Assembly (NCBI GenBank): GCA_965206595.1 | Contig: OZ242214.1 | Span: forward strand, 768,001 to 832,000 | Origin: Candidatus Latescibacterota bacterium | GTDB taxonomy: Bacteria > Latescibacterota > UBA2968 > UBA8231 | DNA: 64,000 bases | Reading direction: 5' to 3' | Shown here: positions 43,102 to 53,902 of the stretch, piece after piece | Layout of the letters: the number at the start of each line of letters is the position of its first letter | Numbering within the stretch: the stretch's first letter is position 1 | Notes under the pieces: generated by a model | The model's input: only the letters and a program-made list of their open reading frames with translations | Database searches by the model: none | What the model was told of the DNA's origin: nothing | Made by a program: the position numbers and the translations under genes

Positions 43102-45417
43102 TCACTCTGGCTCCCCCTTCCTTGCCTCCACGGTAAGCACCTGGCCCTTCCAGCGCAGGGGACCGTCGCCGATCACCTCCCAGGCCGCCGGCACCCCGCC
43201 ATCGAAGCCCACCACCGCGGCGATGCCGTCGAAGGAGAGTTCTCCGAGCTCGTGGGTTCCCTCGACGGCCCCCGAACAGCAGACATCTTCCCCGGCGCCG
43301 TCCGGCCCCCGCACCCGCAGCCAGCCGCTGCCGGGCTCCCCTTCTGCCGACACCCGGGGCAGCCGGGAATCCCCGGAGCGCTGCGGCCACAGGACCGTCT
43401 GGAAGCAGACCGGGGGCGTACCGCGCTGACGGTAGACGACGCAGGGCGCCGGCACCGGTTGCGGCTGGTCGCCGCAGTACCAGCCCTGCATCGCCGGCTC
43501 GGTGCGGCCCTCGACGATCTCCACCTCGACACCCTCCATCGCCGCCGGAATAATGGCGATGTTCGCCAACCCTTCGCCGGCGGTGCTGACAACTCCAGTC
43601 GCCGGGTCGGCGGCCACCGGCCCCGGGACGAGGTGGAACAGCTGTTCGTACGTGTGCTCGCCGCTTCCGGTCAGACGGTCGGTGATCACCCAGTACTCGC
43701 AGTCCCCCGGGTCCTTCCCCTTCACGTAGATGACGCTGCGATGATGGGCGACCGAGGTATCGATCGGGCCCTCGTACTTCTCCGGCTCGAACACCGAGGA
43801 CATCGGCTCCCCGAACTGGCCCGCACCCCACCCGTGGTCGTACTCCCCCTCGAGATAGTCGCAGACCCCAGTGCTCACCCAGGTATTTGCGAGGGACTCC
43901 TCCACCGTCTTCGGGCCGGTGATCAGCCGCATCTGGCTGGCGCCGTCGACGATCACGGTGTTGTGGCCGGGAGTGTTGCCGAACAGGTCGTAGTAGGGGA
44001 TCTCGGCGGCCTCGCGGGAGTAGCTGTGGATGCCGAGGTCCTCGATCAGGGAGCGCCCGTACGCGACCACCTCGACCGCGAGCTTGCCCTCGTGGGCGTG
44101 CACCTCCCCGAGGGGACCGACGTCGAACATCAGGTAGTTGGCCTGCTTCCCCCAGCCGCTCCGCATCACCGCCAGCCCCTGCCAGGCATACCAGGAGGAG
44201 GTGTGGTCCGGAGGAGTGCCCTGGTCGCCGCTGCTGACCGCGTACTCGAGATCGCCGCGGCCCCGGGGACCGGCGATGCGGCTGACGTAGTCGCGCGGCG
44301 AACGCCGCTGGCTGTCGCCGGTCCAGGGACAGGTGCCGTCCGGCTTGACGCAGTCGGCGAGGAACTCCGCCCGCTTCACCATCGCCTCCTCCACCTCACC
44401 GGGGTAGGGCCAGCCGTTGTTCCGCGCCAGGTCGACGGCCTCGATCGCCGACCTCGAGGCGCCGATGATGTAGCCGAACGAGTTCTCCTTCGAGGTCCCG
44501 TCCGGGTAGAAGGCCCCTGCTCCGAAGTAGCCGCGGATCTGCTCCCACCCGAGGGTGCGCCAGTGCTGGGACCTGCGGAACTCCGGCATGCCGACGCCGA
44601 GCCAGAGGATGCCGAGGCCGTTGTAGAGCAGCTGGTTTCCCGGGGCGGAGTCGACTGCCTCCATCGACTCGGCGCAGGTCGTCGCCAGCCAGTAGCGCAG
44701 CCGGCACAGGTCCCGCGGCGGCAGTCCCTCCCAGGACAGGATGAAGGGGATCAGCTGCTGGTAGCAGCGGGCCAGCTGCATGTCGGGAAGCCAGATCCAG
44801 TCGCTGCGGCCGCCGACGTAGTCGAAGTAGTGGTTGAGGATCCGGACCAGCCTGGCGATGTAGCGCTCGTCCGCGGTTGCCCAGTACGCCTGCGCCAGGG
44901 CGAAAAGGAAGTATTGATACTGCAGGCTCAGGGTCCATCTCCGGCCCTGCCCGTCGCCGGGAGGTATGTGCTCCCAGTCCCACTCCGGCCCGAGGTCCTG
45001 GACCCCGTCCTCCGGGTGGTAGACCAGCATCACCTTGTTGTCGAGCAGCAGGTCGGCCAGCTCGACGACGTTGTGGGGGGAAGGCCGGATCCCCTCGAGG
45101 CGGTGGGACGTATACCCCTTTTCGAGGCTAACCAGGTCGCCGCCCCGCTCCCTGTCTCTCCAGGTCAGCCGCCTCGGGGTTTCGGTGAGGAAGTCGAACG
45201 CCGCCCGCCGCTCTTCCGGGCTCTCGCCGCTCTCTATCCAGGGAAGGACCGGGGCCTCGCGCCGGCGCTGGCAGTCGAGGTAGGCCCTTTCCGCGGCCTC
45301 GCCGTCCCCGGCCGCCATGGCCGCGGCCATCTCCTCCAGGCCGGGACCCCCGGGGTCGAGGAGGCTCCACAGGGACTCGGGGGAATAGCCGGGGTTTTCC
45401 GCCGGTTCCGAGGTCAT
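43102..45417 (-). CDS. Heparinase II/III family polysaccharide lyase
   Basis: AYWATADERY, GNQ, YPDG..E, MRSGW, HAHEG, HNTVIVDG, HHRSV, EQLFH. Confidence 0.88.
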   Translation of the reverse strand: MTSEPAENPGYSPESLWSLLDPGGPGLEEMAAAMAAGDGEAAERAYLDCQRRREAPVLPWIESGESPEERRAAFDFLTETPRRLTWRDRERGGDLVSLEKGYTSHRLEGIRPSPHNVVELADLLLDNKVMLVYHPEDGVQDLGPEWDWEHIPPGDGQGRRWTLSLQYQYFLFALAQAYWATADERYIARLVRILNHYFDYVGGRSDWIWLPDMQLARCYQQLIPFILSWEGLPPRDLCRLRYWLATTCAESMEAVDSAPGNQLLYNGLGILWLGVGMPEFRRSQHWRTLGWEQIRGYFGAGAFYPDGTSKENSFGYIIGASRSAIEAVDLARNNGWPYPGEVEEAMVKRAEFLADCVKPDGTCPWTGDSQRRSPRDYVSRIAGPRGRGDLEYAVSSGDQGTPPDHTSSWYAWQGLAVMRSGWGKQANYLMFDVGPLGEVHAHEGKLAVEVVAYGRSLIEDLGIHSYSREAAEIPYYDLFGNTPGHNTVIVDGASQMRLITGPKTVEESLANTWVSTGVCDYLEGEYDHGWGAGQFGEPMSSVFEPEKYEGPIDTSVAHHRSVIYVKGKDPGDCEYWVITDRLTGSGEHTYEQLFHLVPGPVAADPATGVVSTAGEGLANIAIIPAAMEGVEVEIVEGRTEPAMQGWYCGDQPQPVPAPCVVYRQRGTPPVCFQTVLWPQRSGDSRLPRVSAEGEPGSGWLRVRGPDGAGEDVCCSGAVEGTHELGELSFDGIAAVVGFDGGVPAAWEVIGDGPLRWKGQVLTVEARKGEPE

Positions 45418-45499
45418 GTCACGCCCCGGCCGTTACCTGCCACGGTGGTCCGCCCTCCAGGAAACGCGGTTGGTGAAACTGGCAACCCCGGATCGATCC

Positions 45500-46135
45500 T
45501 CATGGGGATTCCCCGGCGACGGCGTCGATGGCGCGCTCGATTTCATCGAGGCCCTCGGCGCTGACCCCGTCGTAGTAGCCGCGGATCCGGCGCTGGCGGT
45601 CGACGAGGACCATCCGGGGACTGTGGAACAGCGGCTGCGCCTGCGACTCCGGGGGAGACTCGCCGACCCCGAGCTTGAAGCCGGCCTTGCTGAGGTCCCA
45701 GATCTCCTCGCGACTCCCGGTGAGGAAACGCCATCTGTCCGGGTCGGCGCCGTACTTCTCTCCGTACCGGCGCAGCACCTCCGGGGTGTCGAACCCGGGA
45801 TCGACGCTGAAGCTGACCAGGGTGATCTCCTGCAGCAGGTTTTTCTGCTGCAGCCGTTCCTGCAATTCCGCCATCGTCGCGGTCTGCAGCGGGCAGGTCG
45901 CGGCGCAGCGGGTGAAGATGAAGTTGGCGACCCAGAGCCCGGAGTCGAGCTGGGCGCTGCCGAACGGGGAAGCGGTCTGGTCGGTGAGGGCGAAGTCGGG
46001 AACCGTGCCCAGCACCGGAACAGCGGTGTCCTCCGCTTCCTGTTTCAGTTCGCGGCCCGCCTGCCCCCCGTCCCCGCAGGAGCAGACCACGAAGGAAAGG
46101 AGGGCGAGGGCAAGCCGCGGCGCTGTCAGCTTCAT
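45500..46135 (-). CDS. SCO family copper chaperone lipoprotein
   Basis: FIFTRCAATCP, SVDPGFDTP, WRFLTG, HSPRMVLVD; lipobox VCSC; ATGA overlap with upstream gene. Confidence 0.9.
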   Translation of the reverse strand: MKLTAPRLALALLSFVVCSCGDGGQAGRELKQEAEDTAVPVLGTVPDFALTDQTASPFGSAQLDSGLWVANFIFTRCAATCPLQTATMAELQERLQQKNLLQEITLVSFSVDPGFDTPEVLRRYGEKYGADPDRWRFLTGSREEIWDLSKAGFKLGVGESPPESQAQPLFHSPRMVLVDRQRRIRGYYDGVSAEGLDEIERAIDAVAGESP

Positions 46136-47256
46136 GCGGATCCCCGCAGCCATCTGGCCCGCGATCTCCTGGCGTAAACGTACTGGTAGTCGAATTGGGG
46201 ATCGCGGAAGTACCCGCCCGTTTCGAGGGCGCGAGGGTACCTCTCGATCGCCTCGTCGACGAGGTCGACACCGAGCCCCGGTCCGTCGGGGGGCGTCATG
46301 TGCCCGTCGACCACCTGCGGTTGCGGCGCCATCACCTCGTAGCGCGCCGGGATGTCGCCGGTGCGGTGCTCCCATATCAGGAAGTTCGGAATTGCCGCGC
46401 AAAGATGGAGGGAAGCGATCTCCCCCACGGGCCCGAGCGAGCCGTCGTGAGGGGCGACCTGAATGTAGTGGGCCTCTGCCATGCCGGCGACCTTCTTCAT
46501 CTGCGCCAGCCCCCCGAAACGGCCGGCGTCCGGCTGGATGACGTCGACGATCTCGCGCTCGATCAGCTCCCGCGCCCCGTAGATGTAGGCGAGCCTCTCA
46601 CCGGCGGCGAGCGGGATGTCGATCGCTTCCGACACCCGCGCCATGGCCTCGACGTTCTCCGGAGCGACCGGTTCCTCGTAGAAGAAGAGGCCGAAATCCT
46701 CCAGGGCCCGCCCCATCGAGATCGCGTCGCGCGTGGTCATCCAGGGCATGCCGTGCAGGTCGACCATCAGGTCGATCTCGTCCCCGACCGCGGCGCGGAT
46801 CTCCGCGACCTGGCGCACGCAGTTCTCGATATCCCCCATCTTGAGCCCGGTGTACCCCTGGTCGACCAGCTCGCGCGCCTGTTCGGCGTTGTCGCAGTGG
46901 GTGTACACCCGCAACCTGTCGTGCATCTTCCCCCCCAGCAGGTTCCACACCGGGGTGTCGAGGGCTTTCCCCTTGATGTCCCACAGCGCCATCTCGATGG
47001 CCGACATGGCCGCCGCCCCGGTGACCCCGGTCATCCCGTGGGTCTGCAGGAACATCCGGCTCCACAGGCGCTCGATGGCGAAGGGGTCCTCCCCGATCAC
47101 GGCGGCGGCCTTGAGTTGGATCTCCGCTTCGACGCTCGGCCAGCCGACCGCCTCACCGACGCCGTGGATCCCGGCGTCGGTGAACACCCGGCAGAACAGG
47201 AAAGCCCCCCTGCCCTCCTGCCCGGCGGTGCAGGTCTTCACCTCGGTAATCTTCAT
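46132..47256 (-). CDS. Mandelate racemase family / galactonate dehydratase-like enzyme
   Basis: GVGEA, SAIEMALWDIKGK, MVDLHG, FYEEP, AAGER, IQPD, APH; RBS AAGGAGG. Confidence 0.9.
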   Translation of the reverse strand: MKITEVKTCTAGQEGRGAFLFCRVFTDAGIHGVGEAVGWPSVEAEIQLKAAAVIGEDPFAIERLWSRMFLQTHGMTGVTGAAAMSAIEMALWDIKGKALDTPVWNLLGGKMHDRLRVYTHCDNAEQARELVDQGYTGLKMGDIENCVRQVAEIRAAVGDEIDLMVDLHGMPWMTTRDAISMGRALEDFGLFFYEEPVAPENVEAMARVSEAIDIPLAAGERLAYIYGARELIEREIVDVIQPDAGRFGGLAQMKKVAGMAEAHYIQVAPHDGSLGPVGEIASLHLCAAIPNFLIWEHRTGDIPARYEVMAPQPQVVDGHMTPPDGPGLGVDLVDEAIERYPRALETGGYFRDPQFDYQYVYARRSRARWLRGSA

Positions 47257-47582
47257 TGTGTGGTCCTCCTTCGTCTTTTCGCAGGTTACCGTCGAGGGCC
47301 ATGATCCGCATCGCCGCCATCCGGCGCAAGCGGACTGCCTGTGTGGCCGTGTCCTTCCCGTCAGGCTCGCCCGCACGGAGACTGCCGCGGGGACGGAGCT
47401 GAGCTTATTCCCGACCCTGACGACGGCCTGCGGAAAGGCCGCGATTCCACGCATCCTGACCGCCGGGTGCCGCAACCAAGTAGTATCGACGATTGAAGAT
47501 ATCTGCATATTCTATCCTGACGAGTTGATAGATCACCCGAGCTCCACTCGCGCATGCCTGCTCTGTACCTAGGATTTTGGCT

Positions 47583-50136
47583 ATGTCTCCATCTCACGAC
47601 TCGTTCTTGGCAGCACTGACTGCTCTCAGCAAAGACCAGATCCGGCAAGCCGGGCAGAGATATACGCCCGGGATTGATCCTGACGCGCCGAATCTCCGGA
47701 TCGAATCACTCTTCACCGCGATCGAGAACGTCGCCTGCGGAGCGGGCGCTCGTGCGAGATTTCATTCGGTGCTCGATGCCTTCTCCGAGGCTTGGGACCG
47801 TGCCAAGCGCTGCAGCCAGCGGCCCGACGTAGTTCAGCAGCGAGCGAACGATGCCCGCGCCTTCTTGTCACCGATGATGGACCGACTGCGAGCGCGCGAA
47901 GCAGGTGCAGGAGAAGAGTGGTCGGATCTTCTCTCTAGCATTGAATCCGATCTATTGGCGGATAGGGATCACTGGCGTGCGGAGGAGGCCAAGCTGCAGC
48001 CGGCAGACAGCGATACCGGGTACTCGTCTGCGCGTAACACTATCCGCGGCAACATGAACGACATCGGTCGCTGTTTGGCCATTGTGCGTGATGAGAAGGA
48101 GTACATCCAGAGTCCGGCGTTCAAAGTCCTGTTTGATCCGAACCTCTTGGTAAGCGGCGAATGGGGCACGGGCAAGACACATCTGCTGTGCGATTTCACC
48201 CAATACCGAATCGGTCGTAGCCAAGCCACTGTTCTTGTTCTGGCAAAGAACTTCCAAGGCAGCGTTGTTACAGAAATCTGTTCCCGGATTGCAACAGGGC
48301 ACACGGCAGCTGAGGTATTCGATCGACTTGAAGAATTGGCGTGCGAGACCGCAGAGCGAGCGGTCGTCATCCTGGACGGTGTAAACGAAGGTCGTCGCCC
48401 TGAATGGCGAGAAGCCGTTACCATCCTTCAAGCGCTCGTTCCAGACCGCCCGAACATTGGTTTGATCGTCACGTGCCGGACACCGTTTGAGCGCTTGGCC
48501 ATCAAGCAGAAAGACTTAGAGAAATTTCATAAGGTCATGCACCTCGGTTTCGACGATCAGGAATTCGACGCTCAGGCAGCCTTCTTCCAGTACTACAACC
48601 TGCCGCTGCCTGAAGTGCCGCTGCTGGACAGAGAATTCTCACGACCGCTCACACTGAAGCTGATCTGCCAATCACTCCAAAGCCTTTCAGGCAAGAAGTT
48701 AGCACAGGGGTTTGCTGGTATAGCCTCGGGTCAAAAGGGAATGACTTATGTCCTTGAGTCGTTCGTCAACCGCGTTGGCAAACCGATTGAGCGCCAATAT
48801 GGTCTGAAGGCCAAGGGATGCTGGGGATTGCTGAAGGGAAGCGATCAAATCGCCGACAGGCGACTCGCGGGCTTTGCGCCGTGCATGGCGGCGAATCTGC
48901 GCGGCTATATTCGTCCATCGGAGGCAGATCGCATCATCGTCTCCAACTACCCGGCATTGAGACCGGCACAGCGGCGCCAGCTCCTCGACGTGCTACGGAC
49001 GAACGGCCTCATCGAAGAGGACGCCGTCTGGTACTCGACGAAATCCGGGTTCAAGTCCCGGATTGTCTTTCGGCTTCCCTATCAACGATTCAGCGACCAC
49101 TTGGTCGCACGGCATTTGCTGAAGACGCATCTCGATGTTTCTTCGGCTGCAACGATCAAGCAAAGCTTCACGGGCAAATCCCCGCTCGCGCGGATCTTCC
49201 GGGTCTCAAATCGATACCACCGAGAATACGCGGAGCCGGGCTGGGCGCAGGCGCTGATTACCGAGTTTCCGGAGCGAGTGGGTAGGCGACTTCCACCCAG
49301 GCAGCGTGAGCTGTTCTTCGTGTTGCCCAAAAGGGCCCAGAACTTGAGTGCGTACTTCGACCCGTTCATCGAAGGGGTGTTTTGGCGCGACCCTGCAGCG
49401 TTCACCGAGGGTACGCGGGCCGTCATCAATCAATATCTGAACGCCGGATCGCGGGCGTGGGAGCAAATGGTTGACGCGTTAGCTGCCGTCTCGACCAAGC
49501 CAAAGCACCCGTACCACGCGCGTCGTCTGTACGATTTCCTCGCGCGCTATCCGATGTCTGACCGCGATCTCCAGTGGTCAGAGTACCTTCGGCGACGGTA
49601 CGCGTCGCCCACCATTCACCGTCTACTGACCTGGGCGGAGAAGCTCAACGCGGCGAACATGACGCAGAACTCTGCGACGGAGCTTGTTGTATTGCTCTCC
49701 CTGGTCCTTACGACGGTCGTTCGAAGTGACCGCGACTTGGCGACAAAGGCGCTTTTGTTGATCGGCGAGAGGTTTCCGGAAGTGCTTTTCACCCATGTCG
49801 TGACTAGCCTTGGATTCAACGATCCTTATGTGCCTGAACGCATGTTGGCGGCTGCGTACGGGACGACCTTGTCCTTGGTGGACTCGGAGGCGGCACCGAC
49901 GTTTCGACCTCTACTCGGAGATCTAGCGAATACCCTCTATCGGAAGATGTTCGGCTCCAGTGCTTGCAACGCCACCCACCATACTCTGACGCGAGACTAC
50001 GCGCTCGGCATTATCGAAATCGCCCAGCGCGTAAGTTGTGTCGTGCTACCCAATACCGCTAGTCGGGATCTTGCTGCGCCGTTTCCGAACACGCTCTCGA
50101 CATTTGCGAGCGACGGCACGCCTGATCCAACTGTGA
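47583..50136 (+). pseudogene. STAND/NACHT NTPase, AVAST type 2 (Avs2)-like, C-terminally truncated by IS1380
   Basis: Walker A GEWGTGKTH, Walker B VILDGVNE, TCRT, EFSRPL.LKL.C, YQRFSDH, RDLQWS, NDPYVPERM; lower GC. Confidence 0.7.
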
Positions 50137-51997
50137 CCCTTTGTTATTCATTCAACCCGCGCATAAGCGGACATAGGCGCTTCCGAGACCCCTTTGCTTA
50201 GCCTCAGAGGCTTGCGTCCCTTCTATAGTCGGCTTTTTGGGTAGAGCCGTCTCCTTATCTCTACCGACCTTGTTGAAATTGTACGCGCCTTCTCGAAGAC
50301 GCTTGCCTTTGCGAGCCCATCATCCCGACCGACCCGGCCTGCGCTTACGCCATCGCCGCGTCCACCGGTTTGAGCGTGGCCAGAAATCTCCACAGACGAT
50401 CCCAGGCAGCCGCCGTCCCTTGGGTCAGGATGACGCCCACCCTGCGCCCATGCAAGGTGACGCGGGACGGCAGGCGCAGGTAGCGCCGTCGAAAACTGTC
50501 CAGGCTCAGGGCCGTCGTCGAGCGTCCGTATGTGCGGGGCCGCCCGCGTCGGGCCTCGGCGCGTTCGGCGGCCTGGCGGCCCAGGTGAAGCAGGTTGTAG
50601 GCCAGCAGGTTCAAGGTCAGAAGCGCCTGGTTGGCAGCGAAGGCATCCCGGGACGGGGTGCGCTGACGCGGCTCTCGACCCCGGTAGTGTTGCTTGCGAC
50701 GGGTGGTAGAGGAGAGCTGAGGCTGGAGGGTGGAGCTCAACTCGCCGAGCATGCGCTCGAAAAGGCCGCGCTGACGATAAAAGGCGACCAGGTCGCGGCC
50801 GCTCATCGTCTGGGGACTCTGGTCGGTGATCAGGAAGAAGTGGCGGGCGATGGGCAGCTCTTCCGTCTCGGAAGGGACCAGGACCAACACCACCCGCCGG
50901 GGCTGCGCCCAGGACCTGGCTTGATAGCGCAGCTCGCGACAGCGAAAACCCTCTTCCCGCAGCTCTTCCGGGTGCTGCGCCAGCTCCTGCTGATAGCCTT
51001 CCACCCAGGCACGAGCCAGCTCCTCCAGGCGCGCATTCTTCTTGATGCGCGCCACGTACGAGGTGTCGGCCCGCGCTTCCAGCTCACTCAGGAAAGACCC
51101 GCTCACCGAGGCCGCGTCGAAGCGCAGGATGAGGCGCCGGGCCAGATGCGACTGAATCCAGTCCAAGCGCTTGCCGAGAGCCTCTGAGGCGCCCTCATGG
51201 GCGTGCACGTTGCCCGGCCGCAGCACGGCACCGAAGAAATCGCCCGTCTGCGCCGAGCCGAGGAGCAGGGGATGGTACCCCGAGGCGTGGAAGTAGCCGT
51301 TGTATTCGACCCCCGCCTGGTGCCCGTGCGCCGGCATCGGCAGGGCATCCATGTCGACGGCCAACTCCTCGTATTTCATCCGTCCTTCCAGCAGCCGGCA
51401 ACGAGACCGGGCGCTGCGCAGGACGGCTTCCTCCAACACCTCGCGGTTATAGGCAGTCGAGGCTTGCTCGAGCAGGCGCGACAGCGTCGGCTGACTGGCC
51501 AGTCCCTGCGGCCGGTCTTCGTCGCCGCTGCGCAACGGCGCCTGCCCTTTGCGATCGCTGACCGCCAGACGCAGGATCGGATCTTGGCGCAACGCGTCGG
51601 CGTCGGCGGCGTGGGTCCAGCCCTGTGCCAGCAGCACGATCTGTGTGCGCAGCAGCTCCGGCAGCGGGTGCGTGATCTGGTCTTGGGTACGGAGATCCTC
51701 GAAGTGGGCGTCGACCCAATCCAGAACCCGGCTGTGTTCGAGCAGTTGACGCAACATCAGCGCACCGGTGTCGCTGCCAAGGTGGGTGGGGCGGGCTTCG
51801 ATGTGGATGGAGCGGTTGAAAGACGGCTGAATCGGCCCGGCTTGCTCGGACTCGGTGTGTGACGGTAATTCACCCATTGGGTGTCCTACTGTGTGATGGG
51901 TTCAAAGGGCGATACTGCCTTGTGTTTCCCTCTGAAATCTAAGCATGGGAGGCACCCAGTACAGCCCTCTCCACTAAAATTCCATGAATAACAAGGG
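50137..51997 (-). mobile_element. IS1380-family insertion sequence (copy 2, inverted)
   Basis: Reverse-complement copy of 38874-40734; the transposases differ at one residue (WL/WV). Confidence 0.9.
50345..51877 (-). CDS. IS1380-family DDE transposase
   Basis: Near-identical to 38994-40526. Confidence 0.9.
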   Translation of the reverse strand: MGELPSHTESEQAGPIQPSFNRSIHIEARPTHLGSDTGALMLRQLLEHSRVLDWVDAHFEDLRTQDQITHPLPELLRTQIVLLAQGWTHAADADALRQDPILRLAVSDRKGQAPLRSGDEDRPQGLASQPTLSRLLEQASTAYNREVLEEAVLRSARSRCRLLEGRMKYEELAVDMDALPMPAHGHQAGVEYNGYFHASGYHPLLLGSAQTGDFFGAVLRPGNVHAHEGASEALGKRLDWIQSHLARRLILRFDAASVSGSFLSELEARADTSYVARIKKNARLEELARAWVEGYQQELAQHPEELREEGFRCRELRYQARSWAQPRRVVLVLVPSETEELPIARHFFLITDQSPQTMSGRDLVAFYRQRGLFERMLGELSSTLQPQLSSTTRRKQHYRGREPRQRTPSRDAFAANQALLTLNLLAYNLLHLGRQAAERAEARRGRPRTYGRSTTALSLDSFRRRYLRLPSRVTLHGRRVGVILTQGTAAAWDRLWRFLATLKPVDAAMA

Positions 51998-51999
51998 CT

Positions 52000-52566
52000 G
52001 AGATCGCTTTTGGGGGTGGCGCGGAGGAGGCAGAGTCGTACGATATTTTCAGTTTGAACCTTGAGGATGGCCAGATCAAGAAAATCATTCCGGACGGGAT
52101 CCTTCCAGCTTGGTCAAAGAACGGCCTACTTGCTTTTACAACCTACCGGGACAGCAACATGGAAATCTATCTTGCGGACCAAGAAGGCCGCCTCCGCAAC
52201 CTCACCCGCCATGACAGCCCGGATGTTCGTCCTGCGTGGTCGCCCGAAGGCACTCGGATTGCCTTCGAGTGCCTTCGCTACGGTAACCCGGAAATCTGCA
52301 TTTCAGATTTAGATGGGACGATTACAAGAGTGACAAACCATTTCGCGAAAGACTGGAATCCGGTCTGGACTTCAAAGGGAGAGGTTGCATTTCTCTCCCG
52401 CCGAGATGGGATAGGCATCTACGTGAAGGGAACGAAGGTAACCCGGATTCCTTCCCATGAAAGTGACTTGCAGCTGTCATGGTCACCGGATGGGGATAAC
52501 TATTGCTTCCTGTCCAGCCGTCCTGAGCCCTTTTGGGGCTGGCTGGTTCGATTGGTTGATTTCTGA
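52000..52566 (+). pseudogene. TolB-like PD40-repeat protein, N-terminally truncated by IS1380
   Basis: EIAF, PAWSK, RNLT..PAWSPEGTRIAF, SWSPDG; frame open back to the IS end. Confidence 0.75.
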
Positions 52567-52612
52567 TCTAACTTTAATGAAATAGTCGTCATGGAAACCC
52601 AAGGGGGAATCA

Positions 52613-53515
52613 ATGCAGGTACTTAGTGGACTTCTTCTCGTCCTGATTTTTGTGAGCTTGGGTGAAGCGCATAGCGGGAATCGCCTGTACCCCTTCTACG
52701 AGCTTACCGATGAAATGCTGAGAGAAATCAATATACACGATGGATTTATCGACGAGTGGTATGAGATCGGCGAACCCACCATGACCCTGCTGGATTTCAA
52801 GACCAATGATGATTTTGTCCCTCGTGATCCCTCCAACCTCGACTTCCGCATCTGGCTGGCTTGGCACGACGAGCTGAACCGAATATATGCAGCCTTCATC
52901 GTAGTCGACGACGAATACTCGAACAACCATGATTGGTCTGGAGAGAATGTCATACCACAGGTTGACCTTAATGACAGCATTACGCTTTACCTCGATGCGG
53001 ATCACAACGGCGGCAGAGGCACCCGTCCTGGTGGTGGCTCTCCGCTTGAGGAGAAATTGCCGATTTTTGGAGCAGCGCAGAAATACGATGCCATTTCACG
53101 AACAGTAAGCGGCCCAACCTTGACCAGCGCACACAGATTTGTCCAGCCCTGGCACACCTCCCCGCCCTACGGAGATGCGGGTGGAAGTGTAGCTGGAGAA
53201 AATCCCTTCATCTGGGTTGTCGAGATGTATGTCACGCCACAGGACGGATGGGGCGACAGCATAGCTGAAACCCCTTTCAGCGAGCTGTCCGCCAATCAGA
53301 TCATCGGTTTCGCAGCTGTCATCCACGACAGAGATCCATCCTTTGATGAATCTTCTTCAATACCCTGGAACCCGGAAGACATTGACGATGAGGAAGCCTT
53401 CCTGTTGTTGTGGCGTTCAACGGCGGATCTATTCATCGATGGGCTGTTGCTTCCCGCTCAGGAAACGGCAGTCGAGTCCGTTACATGGGGAAGGATCAAA
53501 GCCTCTTTGGAGTAG
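52613..53515 (+). CDS. Secreted CBM9/DOMON-like protein with C-terminal TWGRIK motif
   Basis: Signal peptide, DGFIDEW, IWLAW, DSITLYLDADH, VEMYVTP, TAVESVTWGRIKASLE. Confidence 0.75.
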   Translation: MQVLSGLLLVLIFVSLGEAHSGNRLYPFYELTDEMLREINIHDGFIDEWYEIGEPTMTLLDFKTNDDFVPRDPSNLDFRIWLAWHDELNRIYAAFIVVDDEYSNNHDWSGENVIPQVDLNDSITLYLDADHNGGRGTRPGGGSPLEEKLPIFGAAQKYDAISRTVSGPTLTSAHRFVQPWHTSPPYGDAGGSVAGENPFIWVVEMYVTPQDGWGDSIAETPFSELSANQIIGFAAVIHDRDPSFDESSSIPWNPEDIDDEEAFLLLWRSTADLFIDGLLLPAQETAVESVTWGRIKASLE

Positions 53516-53525
53516 GCATGCAGAA

Positions 53526-53554
53526 AAGGCCAGCCGCTCGAAAGCAGCTGGCCT
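53526..53554. terminator. Hairpin between convergent genes (possible terminator)
   Basis: aaggccagccgct-cgaa-agcagctggcctt; no strong U-tract. Confidence 0.5.
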
Positions 53555-53596
53555 TGCTGGTTGGTGACCGGTGAGGATCTCCGCTGAGCGCCGGTT

Positions 53597-53782
53597 TTAT
53601 GCGGCTGTTTCCAGCTCGTGGATCCGCGACTCATGATCATCGGTGACCCGCTTCACGTCCTTGAACTCGCCGGTGACTCGGTCGAATCCTTCTTTCATCT
53701 GTGTCTCAAGTAGGTCAAATCTCTGGTCGATCTTCTCAGCCAGATCGTCGAGGTCTGCTTTAGTCGCTGGTCTGTCGGCCAT
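53597..53782 (-). CDS. Small coiled-coil protein (ATKADL motif)
   Basis: MADRPATKADLDDLAEKIDQRF...HESRIHELE; RBS GAGGAG. Confidence 0.7.
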   Translation of the reverse strand: MADRPATKADLDDLAEKIDQRFDLLETQMKEGFDRVTGEFKDVKRVTDDHESRIHELETAA

Positions 53783-53902
53783 TTTTCTGGTATCTCCTCG
53801 GCAGGAGATTGTCACCCCAGTGTATCTAGGGGAATCACATGTGATTTGGCCATCCATATGCCCCTATCTGTGCGTCGTTGATGCGGGTGACCATGCGCGA
53901 TG

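Noticed and set aside
43075-43103. tRNA T-arm-like ggttcgagccc
   Set aside because: No acceptor, D or anticodon arms; better explained as a hairpin between convergent genes.
38870-52001. Inversion of 40735-50136 between the inverted IS1380 copies, suggested by apparently swapped 4-bp flanks (tcac/tcag)
   Set aside because: GH38 reads through copy 1 in frame in the present orientation; undoing an inversion would fuse the NTPase to GH38. The match is explained by the TCA target preference.
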